Shown in pieces: positions 38,201-50,400 of a DNA stretch of 64,000 nucleotides (position 1 is the stretch's first letter; each line of letters starts with the position of its first letter). A program made the translations under genes and the position numbers. Source of the stretch: Tubulanus polymorphus (lineage: Eukaryota; Animalia; Nemertea); assembly GCF_964204645.1 (NCBI RefSeq), contig NC_134026.1, positions 20,184,150 through 20,248,149 on the forward strand, read 5' to 3'. The notes below the pieces were generated by a model. The model saw nothing but the letters and a program-made list of their open reading frames with translations. It did not search any database and had not been told where the DNA came from.

Positions 38201-41200
38201 CTCTGGGAGGTTTTTCTCCGACGACAGGTAACGCGTTGCCCAGTGGGCGTCGACGAGTTGCCACGATCCTTCGATGTGTACGGCGTTCCAGCTGTGATTG
38301 TACGGCGTGCCGACGAACTTTTTGCCGGGCCTGTAGTCGACTCCTTTCGCATGTCCGTTCAACGTGACGCACTGAAGTCCAGCATAGCTGAAAAAAAATT
38401 AAAGATACACTTTGATTATGAAAAAGAAAGTAAAACTAAATAAAACAGAGTAACCAACTATTTAGTATGATCTCATTCGAGACTTGAGATTTAAATCTTT
38501 GAACAATGAAATTATAGTAATTGAAGGATAAAAATTCCTAAGTTAATTGATACCACAATTTTTCAAGTATTTCCAAAAGCCATTTAGGTTGACCCTCTCA
38601 GACGTGATGAAACCAGAAGTAACTGGATTTCAAGGGAATGGGGTCGACCGATTTGTCACCCGTCATAGCAATCTGAGGATACCGCAGGATTTATCAATAA
38701 TTCATCAATTTATAGTGATTACACAACAGGCAATCTGATTGGTGCCGCAAGTCTTCATGCAGTAAACCTGCGCATGTACCTGCGCACCCGGTCTAGTGTG
38801 GCAGGGTTTTATGTAGCTGATTCTAGCGATGCCATCATGTTTGATTCCCTGCCGAGGGAGGATGTCTCATCGGGTGGAACGATGGAATGATGGCCATTAC
38901 GAAACAGCAGCAACGTTGTGCCATCAACGTTGCCATCAAAAAGCTTTTAAATCATCTTATTGATTATTGTGGAATTTCACTTATATCGTATCTTATCCGA
39001 ACAAATTCAATCTGGAGTTTATTTGTCCATTTCCATATTCAGGCAATCGGGACAGTTTTAGCACAAATCATGATTTATACGCAAACTGGTCGAATACCCG
39101 GACCCATATATCTGTCATTCATGCGGCTTAAAACACAGGTCAGTCAACAACTCTAATCTATGTCATACATATATTCAGTTAATCATTCAAGTTTTTTTCT
39201 TTCTTTGTGAAAGTTTATTTATTAGCATTATGATTATGAAGGTAATCAAACTCATTTTTAGGTCAAAATATGATTAATAACGCACCAATTTTTATTTTCA
39301 TTTGCATTACATTTGCACGGGTCTTAATCAAAGGGCATTTTATATTGGAACACTTTAAATAAATTTGCTTATAGACAGTCAGTCAGGTACAAAGGGATCA
39401 TGTACTAACCACTGGCAGCGAATATGTTTAGCCAGTAGATACAAATTTATCCATGGAATCTAAACGTTTTTGAGTCCATGATTTAATGAAATACAGCATA
39501 TATATATATATATTCAACAATAGCACGCTGCACGCAAACAGGAAGGAGTTCACGCGAGTTGAAATTCCGAAATTCAATTCAAAACGAAATATGCTGAACA
39601 GCCAGACGCAAACATTTCATACAACGACGAGCTTTATTCAAATTGAACGAGAAAGTCAGTCAAATCCCGTCCAGGCATTTTAATGCGCGGTTGACTTTTT
39701 TAAAAGGCCTGTCAAGCGGAATAAATACAAATACGCATACACATCGTAGATTCGTGTGGAAAGATATTTGCGCGACTATGATTAGGTTTTTTATCACTCG
39801 AAACCCGTGAAAGGATTGGCCGCTCATTCAACGTGCCCAGTAGAATAATTTAGAAACGAAAAAAAAATGCTGAAATACGTTATTATTTGAACAGGTGATA
39901 GCAGGGCCGACGCATAAACATAGTCACTATAGATTTTATGAGTCAATTGTTGGAGCTCTCTTTATCCAAAATTTGAGTTCATATACTGAAATACAATGAC
40001 TTGCAGGTGTCCGGTAAATGTATATTCGCAATTGTGGGCTATTATTTTCTTTTAGAATCAGCACTTAATCAACCCCTCTAGGGAATGTGTTTCAAGGTTT
40101 ATCAATCAATTCTTCAGTATCCTCATTGTTATTCAGGGTTTGATTTCATTGACTAGTACCGTATTATATTTGAACCAGTGGAGAGGGGATAACTCATTTT
40201 CAATTTCCCCTGGTAGAGAAGGTTTTGAATTTGACTTCGAGTCAAATATTTGAAAATGAGCTCACAGCAGTGTTTCAGCAGTGGGTACAGTATCGATACT
40301 TTTTGATCTTAAAATAGGGCTTGAGCCTGTAATTGATTTGATTGGTAGATTTCGTTTGATTTGGTGTTCGTTTCAAACCCACATTTGATTTGATTTTGAA
40401 ATCGGAAATCCTCGACAGATATAGTTGTGTGATCGGCGGTCGAATTTACAGAATTTCTTTCTATTTAAATCGAAATACATAGGCCCTATTTGGGAAAATC
40501 GGTTCCAGTTCATTCAAACAATCTTTCGACCAGTCTGAACCGGCAGAATCAAAACTTTATCCCGGGCTTGATTCAAATATTAGTCGATTATCGTTTTATT
40601 ATCGTTTTATAGACTGGTGTTACTTTTAATGGAGGGGTTAATTCAATTCATTGTCGATTGAGGCAACCCCGTCCTTTTTAAAGTTAAACATCAGTTTATA
40701 ATACAACATAATGGAATAGGATGCCGGTCTCAATAACGCTGTCTGGCCCCTGGATTCTAGTTCAGGTTCCCTCGTACCCAGGAGAGGATGACGGAGATCA
40801 ATTTCAACACGAATCCCGGGCTCAATTCTCATATGACTAATGTTTGAAATTTTTTAAAATTTAGGTTACATTCAAAAACCAGTGTTCTCAGCAGAACTCG
40901 CTTAATTCGGATTTTTCAATCCGGATTTTCGCTCAATTTGCATGCAATATTTTCGGTCCGTTTAACTAGGAACTGTGTAAACTATCGTTTACAATTCGGA
41001 TTTTACTTTATTCGGAGAAATCTGGCTGGTCCCGAGTCATCCGAATTAAGCGAGTTCTACCGTGTAAAACTAATGAGTTGACATAAACTTTTGTTCATGT
41101 CCTGTAAGTTTTTATGCTACATTACTTCTGTTTCTGGTTATTCCACCTGAGGATGGCTATAAGTCAACAGCCGAAGCGTTGTGGTTCCTTATTAATAAAC

Positions 41201-44200
41201 TTATATCGTAAAAAAATTCAAATTGTAGGACTTCTTCGATTATCTACGGTGTACGCGGATTAGAGTGCTTCATTTGATAACTGCATTCAGATGTATGAAA
41301 ACTAGAAAGGTTTGTTTTGGAATGGGGACGATGATTAAACCTTGGAGTAATGACTACGCCAAGATTGAACGGTCAAAACGAGAAAAGAAACATGTGCACG
41401 AGACCACTTCACGTTCCTTTTCCTCCACACGCGCTTTTATTGACGATTTTCTTTCCGATACAAAAACAATTCCGGTGCGAGCAGTTGCTATCCACTTGAA
41501 TTATAGCTAGAAGCGTGTAAATTGTTTAATCCGTAACTTTCTACGCGGGGAAGGGGAAACTATGCGTGCATAAATCAACATCGTCTTCTTCTTTGGAAAG
41601 TAAGAAATGAAATTTCACCGCAATCTAAGCTTTAATCAGGTTTACTCGAGCACTAAAACGATAGATGGATCTTATTATCCTATAGATCTATGTCCTGACC
41701 TACAACCTGCGGGAGACCGATACGGCGTGGCCACTTTACGCCCATTTACAAATCCCCACAGTTTTCCCTTAATTTTCCATGTCGATGTGATTACCCCAAA
41801 TTCCCTGAGTGAATCAGAGAAACTTCTAGGTTTAAAATGTTAAAATTCATTCATTTTTCATTGAATCATGTATAAGCCTTTGTAGCAAATGCTATTCTAC
41901 TTTCTTTTTTTAGAAATTAAGCCCGTCTTCGATATGGTACACGCCTTTGTAGCAAATGCTATTCTGATCTCTGTTTTTTTTTCTAGAAATCAAGTCCATC
42001 TTCAATATGGTTCTGTTTTTTTTTAGGCACTAAGTCCGTCTTGAATATGGTATAAGCCTTTGTAGCAAATGTTATTCTACTCTCCGTATTTTTTTAGAAA
42101 TCTAATCCCTCCAATTTGTGAAATCTAAACCAATGAACATGGGCCTCGGTCGCCGGCGATTAGGAATACAAACCAGCACATGAGTTCGAAGATTTTAGCG
42201 AACGTTCCCTTTCTGCGTCGGAACGCCGTGAGCACCTCTTCGGGCGATCCCGGCGCTTCGTTGTCGAACTGCAAGATGTACATATTCTTCGACGTCATCC
42301 ATCGGAAAATGATTCTGTAAAATATAGATATCGAGAGGCAAGATTTTAGAAGGTTATCTAAAAACAGCCGCAACTACTTTCGACAGTCGTTCGTGGTGAC
42401 TCTTAATCATTTGGTCAATAGTCACGATCACGCGAGCATTTTTGGCTAATTTTGGAATAACTGTTCACATGGGTGCCCAATGGGCCCATGCCTGTTTGGC
42501 CCATCCAAAAACGTCGGACCAGGCCCGAGCCACATTCTAGCACGAGACAAATGATTGCGTTGGAATTGCAACTGGTACCGGAAATGACCCACTTCCCTTA
42601 GTTTGAGCATTGTTTAGTATCGAGTGAATGGTTTGCGCGTGAGCGTGCTCTAAATGTGACTCGGGTCTGATCCGTGCCAATTTGGCCCAGGCCAAATCGT
42701 CTCTGTAAGATCGCGCCTAATATCCAGTTCCACTACTAGCACGCGATGATTTGACGGAATTCCGGCGAAGTTCAGCATCGCGGAGGATTTTCCATAACCG
42801 AAATACTGTACACATTTAGAAGACCTAAATAAACCATCTCACAGAATAGAATCTGTCAAATTCTGCTCGAATGCGATATTTCAATACTTAATTCGATGTA
42901 ATCGTTCTTCAGGGGCTGATTCGAATTTCAGTCTCTGTAGATTCATGGTATTTTCGGGTAATCTTAATATTCGCTCAAAAATTGTATTAGTATTTGTTTA
43001 TGGGGTTTGGGTAGCTGGTCGGTAAAAATATAAATTGATCATTGATGGTAAAATTCACATATAGAGCCTGTGGGGGCCGGTCTCAATGAGTCGCGCAGTC
43101 GCAACCGGCACACACTGCTCTTGCGAATTACACGGAGACCAGTCGTGCATGATCGCATTGCAGTTGCAAGTTGAGGTATGCTGGCCATAAGTAAAAATCC
43201 CTTAATACGGGAAAGATTCATGATTATATATTTAGACAGTATTTGGGAATAAATCTGGCACATCAGATAAAATGAAACCGCTCAATAGGGCAAGGCAATG
43301 AGGCCTTCCGGGAAAAAATCCTGAAAATTTGATTGGCTATATTGCAAAGTATCAATCCTGTATCAATCGATGTATCAATCCTACATTCATCTATTTTGGT
43401 AATATCATATACATTGCGCTCTATATATTTCCACTCTGTATCGGATATGGCCCAGATCTGACCTGGTAAATCTAATTAATGAAACGGCTCTAATTGGGGG
43501 TGAACTGTATAATTGGTACGCTGGATGTTTGACGCGCCCGCACACAGGAGTCGGTAAGCTTCAAATCATCTTCATCGGAATATAATTGGTTCACGAGCTT
43601 TAATACCATTCAATTGAGTCATGCTATATTGTTTACAGTTGTACGGTTCAGTAGGTAGATAGATCTCTTTTACTCTGTAACTATACCTGCAGGATACAGT
43701 AACAGCGGCTACAGCACCCATGTGTATCGATGTACCGAGCTATAGTGCCGATGCAAACGCTAGTTCAACGACTTCGCGAAAATAAGCTAAAGCCTAAAAC
43801 TCAAGGCCCAGTTTTAGAGACTGGTATTACCTTTAACCAGAGGGCTAACTCAATTCATTTTCAGCCGAGTTAACCCCGGGGTTAAAGGTAATACCAGTCT
43901 ATCAAACCAGCCCCTGGTAGCATAAGATCCGACCTGATCGTCGGATCGTTAAGGAATCAGCGGCCAGTTTTTCGTTTGTGGAATATTCGCAACATGAGTT
44001 TACTAAAGATCGTTAAAACTGATCGCAGACCAGTCGTAAGTCCATCGAACGTGTCTTATGTGACCTGAATGCACTAATGCCCGATCGTAAAGTTACAGCC
44101 AATACATGAACAGCTATATTCACATCACATGACTTAGGTCCTAGGGGTGTATTCTTTTATCAGATCGGAGAATCCTTTTGCCACCAATTGTACTCTATTA

Positions 44201-47200
44201 TTGGTCATGTCATGACCTTTGGTAGAGTCCGAAAACCTCCTTTCTGTCGAGGTGGTGTGATAAGGATTTTATGCGGAGCCAACCGGCGATTTCGGATGGT
44301 GACTTCGGAGGTCGTAAAAGAGTACACCCTGGGCGTTCGGTTCAAAACGGTCACGGATCTCGGGTGACCTGAACGTAACCGAGATCCGACGAACGAGTGG
44401 AACGATCCTCCGAGATCTCGGAACACAAGACACGCTCATTTTGATGAGTAAAAGACAATCAAACTGACGATACTAGAAACAATTTCAAACATCTAAAATC
44501 TCAGTCTGCAAACCGACCAAGTCATTACTGTATTTGTGCATTGCAACAAACGCCTCTGATCGGCTTTGTCTTTTGACGAATGTCTATCAATCATATTACC
44601 ATGAATCATCTCAAAATGAACTAATACGCGTGAAGGTTCGAGATATATTTCCAAAAAACTAGTTCTGACCAACATTATTTTGAATTACGTACTAGACCTT
44701 TAACTGGAAAGTCGGGTGGGCCACGTTAGATCCGGTAAACCACACAAAGACAAAAATTTTGAGCTGGTGACAAGATCATATGGTTCATCAAGGCAAACTT
44801 AAACCACATTATTGCTCACTATTTGACTCATAAAAAACCATAGCCCGTTAGGCCACCATATACAGTATTTTGACATTTTTCTAAACGCGATGCTATCTGA
44901 CTCAGCCCGCACAGCTTTTCATACACTACAATAATCATCGAGGCCTTTTTAGGAGTTTCGCGTGGCAACAACATGGGTTGTCAACAAAGAGTTGACCTAC
45001 ATTCTACTTCTCGTTGTAAGTTGTGGTTGGTTGGTACGTACCTGACTTTTTCGATTTCCGTAAAGTTCGTGCAGTGCACCAAATCCCACATCAGATCGCG
45101 AAACGATCGATGTGGGTAGCGGGCCACCTAAAATTATAAAAACCAATACAAAATTTAAACATACAGGCTTACAAGCAGTGAAATTGCAGAGGGCTGCTAT
45201 AAGTTGCGATCATATGGGCATAGTTGGTCTGTGCCAAATTAGGCCCGGAATAACTGTTCACAAGAGTGCCAAATGGCTCTGTGCCTGCTTGGCACAATCA
45301 AAAACGTCAGACCAGGCCCAAACCAAATTTAAGCATGGGTCAAACCATTGGGTATGATTCACTTCACTTTGTTTGAGCATTGTTTAGTATCAAGTGAGTG
45401 GTTTGCGTGTGAACAAGCTCTCTAATTAGGCACAGAACAAATTTGACTCGGGTCCGATCCGTACTAATTTGGCCGGGCCAATAATGCTTATATGATCACG
45501 GCTAGTCTTTGAACCTGATAACATGGACACAACTGGTCACGACCGTGATATTTTGCTTCTATATTCATAAAACAATGGCCCATTAAATAATTCTAAAATC
45601 CGTGAATGGATTAACCTAACTTTCAGGTCTTCGAGTACGCGGAAACCATAAGGACACAAAATCACCCCAGATCTTTTTAAATAATATTATACAGTATTTC
45701 ACTTTCTATACTTGTAACGAAGTATGTACACAGGACAATATGACAATCTTGATTTCAGGACTATCAGAACAATCTAACAAATAACTCTCTATCTCCGTAC
45801 GTGCTCCGTGGCTGAATGATCCCATTATTTTCTAGGTTATTCATATTTACATATATATTATCGCGTATCATACGGAAAAACGGCTTGACACAAAAATTGA
45901 GCACGACGTTTTCGCGAAAAGCCATTGACTGGGCTGTACTGGCCCGAATACGCGGCACAATAACGAAATAATAATAATAATTTTCTTTTTCTTTTTTTCG
46001 TGTCGTCGTGTGCGCTGTCATATAGGCGTAATTAACAGTCTGAACAGTAATAACAATGTTGAACAAACAGAACATCATCGGCTAAATAAATATGATGAAC
46101 CGATCGCCATTTAGATGTCAGATTTTGATACACCCCGATGTCTATACGTACTACATGACCTCAAAATTTTTTATTTCGAATCAAATAAAAATCTTTACGC
46201 GGTTCATTCGTTTCACCAGACCGCATTAAATTGATCATTACACGTCGACTGTTTCAGATCTGTGAACCGATATACTGCGCATAATTCATTTGAAATTGTT
46301 TCGAAATTTTTTTTTCATATCCCCCTATAGCAGCAATGCTTAGGCGACGAAATGGATTTTCTAACCACTTTGACCGGTCCAAAAATTTCGGTTTAGTTTC
46401 ACTTTTTTTAAATATCAAAATAGGGAACGTCCCTCTTATTGATTCGAATGGTATAGATTTGGTTTGATTTGATTTGGTGTCCCTTTACAAAGCCACCACA
46501 CTTGCCGAGAACGAAACAAACAATCGAGCAGATAGTTATAGTTAAGATACAATATAATAAGATTTAAGATACGAGAATATGAAAGTAGAAAAAGGCTTTG
46601 TTATAGGGGGTTTGATTTTGATCGAGTAGTTTGCGATCGTCCGTCGTATCTAACAGAATTTTCGTTTAAATCGAACTACCAGTGGTCTTAAATCGAAGTA
46701 CCAGTGGTCGTAAATGGAAGTACCAATGTAGGTTTTATCCATCAGCGCTCGAACTATTTCTCAAATAATGCGACCAGCGTTTGAAATGGTAAAATGTCGA
46801 TTTCGATTGTAGCGGACACTGGTATTACGGCGGAGATAATGAAGAACGGGAGAAACGTGATAACATCGAAGAGCACGGGTACTAACACGGCCGCGCGATT
46901 CAGTTGCTTGCCGGTTCAGACTGAATGGAAGATTGTTTGAATGAACCGGAACCGAATTTCCAATTATGTACTTCGATTTCAAAAAAAAAAAATTCTGTTA
47001 ACTCGACCGCCGATCACACAACTATATTTGTACTTCGATTTCCGATTTCAAAATCAAACCCCCTGTTTCGCTCCCGGCAGGTGTGGTGGGTCTGTAAGGG
47101 ACACTCAATCAAAAAATCAAAGGAAATTTACCAGTCTTAAATAAATAACAGGGAAAATTCCTTTTTTAAGATTCAAAAAACACGGTCGCGCGTGTTCGGG

Positions 47201-47390
47201 AGAAGTTAAAATTTTTGAATCAGTTCCTATAGATATCCGGTAATTGAATCTTTTCAAGCCTTCACACGCAGTTAAGTAGAGTTACGTTAAATTGCAACAG
47301 GCCATTCGTCGTTATCAATACTCTATTCACCAAACGGATTTGGTACCGACCAAATATGGTGATCGGCGGAACGAAAAAATACATTATATA

Positions 47391-47448
<58 letters not shown>

Positions 47449-50400
47449 TATATATAATACCAAATCATCCTTGTACTATACTGAATGTCAACGTGATAAG
47501 CATTCAGCGACACTCTTGTCTCGAGAAGATATTTTCACTAAGATAAAAGTTAAGTGATATATCTATATTGCTCAGTCGACGCGCTGAATGGTTTGCCCAC
47601 GTTCAGACTTACATAAATCATATAGCTAGAAGCTATAGCCTTAATAAAGCCAGAAAACCCAACGGAAAATGGACCTCAGATCATTTCCGAAAAGCGCATT
47701 GATCCCTATAGTGGATACTGAGACCGGAGCGGGACCATACCCCTAAATAGGATAGGTTCCATCAAAAATACATAAAGAGATGTATTTTTGGTTCCATACA
47801 ATAACCGGTACTAACCACCTACCAAATTTGGCCAAGGTAAAACAGGCACTGGCCCATTTGGCACCAGTAAGGACCACAGTGTTGTTCCAGCCCTTATTTG
47901 GCACATTTACATATAATGTTTTATGTGTTTTACAAACACATTCTCGAGCGTCTTCATAAATCAGCTGGAATAACTTCTCAACGCCCACATTGAGGAGAGG
48001 ACTACTAAAATCAAACATTAGCATTGACTTCACAGCGAATTGGAACAAAATTTCAAGTGAATGAAGGACCTATTTCGATCTGGTTCGCAGATAGGAGAGG
48101 CCTAATACCATACAAAATTCCGATTGAAAGAAACGAGCTCTTACATTTACGAAGATTGTCAAGTCTCGCAAAGAAAAGACATTTCGGGGACTTGCAGGAC
48201 AAGGCAAACTCTATATACATATACAATGAATAAAAATGCTTACAATGTGAAGCACTATGCAAAATACCGACATGAGAACTATTCATAGCATGGTATGTGC
48301 GTACTATTTATCTTTTGCCGATTTATCGCCGAGTTTTTGTCAGTCGGCGTCTGAACACATATATTTCTGGATGATAGCGAACGATCCGATGTTTGATCCG
48401 CTCTAAGAAATAACATCGTTATTAAGTTATCAATTCTAGCTATAAGGTATCATCTCCTGATTACATGAGGCGGTGTTAAAAGATCCTATGTATCCTGTTA
48501 TGCGTCTTCATTACTTAACCCCTTCTCTTTGGAAACGGGGCACTGAATTTCATATACCAGCTACCCTAAAATATTACACATAGGCCTACGTATTTTCAAC
48601 TAGTGTTCTCCGCAACAGGTTTTAGAGGGGCGGCTACCTCGTTCATTTCTATATCCATCCCTCTGAAAATCAGCTACCCCGTATAAATATATCTTCTGCC
48701 CCTACCAGAGTGGATGATGTCAATATCAACTATGAAAGCTGATAATAGCTTTACATTGAGTTAATGTGAAAATAGAAGATTACAAATTTTCTGTATTTTT
48801 CTAGCGGATCGAAAGCAACAACAATGTCCTACACCTAAAAATGAATGCAGCCCCTTTAAAATTCAGCATTAAAGAACACTGACTAGGCCTTTTTTGACAC
48901 CTGTCAGAGTTGGTTGTCCAGTTTGGAACAAAGATTGCCGCAATCCAACTCGGCGGCTCTAAACTAATGAACGAAAGAATATATTTTCTCAAATGTAACA
49001 TAATTATTGGTATACATGATACATTCAAGCAGGACATCCCAAGCCCTACTAACTAAAAGCCCCAACTAAACCTTGAAATTATTTCAAATATAGGCCTATG
49101 TCGTATATAGGACTATAGTTCAAACAACTCGCTTGGTGCTTGAAAAAACCTGAACACTATTATTTATACGTCAAAACATGTCGGTTTTAAATTATTAGAC
49201 TCATAATGAATATTCTAGTAGCGTGACGCATACAGGAACATCGTATTATCAGCAAAAATGTCGATTCCAATTCCGAGATACAGACTATACAGACATCAAC
49301 GATGAATACGAACTCAAAGAACATATAGACGTGATACCGAAATAGGAAAAGACCCGACACAATATATCATCAACATTATCTCTGTGTTCCGCTGAATGAG
49401 TGAACCGCAATCTATTGAACGCACGAAACCCCAAGTGAGTCAGGCACAGGAAGAGATGCAGACTAAAAACAATTAGGCTACATATATATTTTTCTGTCCA
49501 CACGTCGAATAACCCTTTCCTTCTGACGACGTGTCGAGCATCAGAATCGGCCGCAGTCGTATAACTTTCCGATTCGTTAAGATTCTCCTACGTAAAAAGT
49601 CATTAACATAAGTCTGAGGACAAACATCCAGTAGGCTAGGGTTCTATTGGGATATCAATTTTGCCGATATATTAGCCTATGCAAAAGATATGCCAAAAGT
49701 GATATAGTAGGCCATTTTTCAATGGTTCAGGCCAGGGCCAGTATTGCATGGTTGTCCACTGGTTTTTAAAACTGGAGTTTCTGACTGAGCAAGAAATTGG
49801 TCGGTATACGTTTTAGCATTGAAAATGAAAATTCTAAATCTAGGTACAAAACGAGAGAACATGAGATGCCCAGAATTGAAATTAATTGCAATATGAATCG
49901 ATGTACTACTGACTACAGCACTGTGCGTACAGAATTGATCCATATTTGGACTCGGCAAAATATAGCCATACAAACATGAAATATATCGCGCGCTTGCCAG
50001 ATGTTTTTAAGTATCTGTGTACATCTATGAGGCATTATACAGCGAAAACTATATCGTCTATTCAGGCAGCTATCTTGTGGCATAGATTAAGTTCCCGGCC
50101 TGGGATATCGATTTTAAGCATCATCTGCTGTGATCTCTGCAGTACACTGTTTCGACAATAAAATGTTTATTCGTTGAGATTATATTTTACAGCCACCTCC
50201 TGATACCTCGTTTCCTGAGCTAGGTCAAGTGACCCGATAGAATCTCATGGAAACTATACACCTAACCATGAGTGCAGTTTAACATGTTTAAAGTTTTGAT
50301 ATCCTGGTGCAAATTACTGATTGCAACTCAACCATGGATTTGAATTGGATGAATTCCTCGAACGGGACCCTGGTATTTCTATAACTGGGCACCTCAAGCA

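Noticed and set aside
37247-38443. 398-aa plus-strand ORF
   Set aside because: Antisense shadow of the module 1 exon, explained by codon bias.
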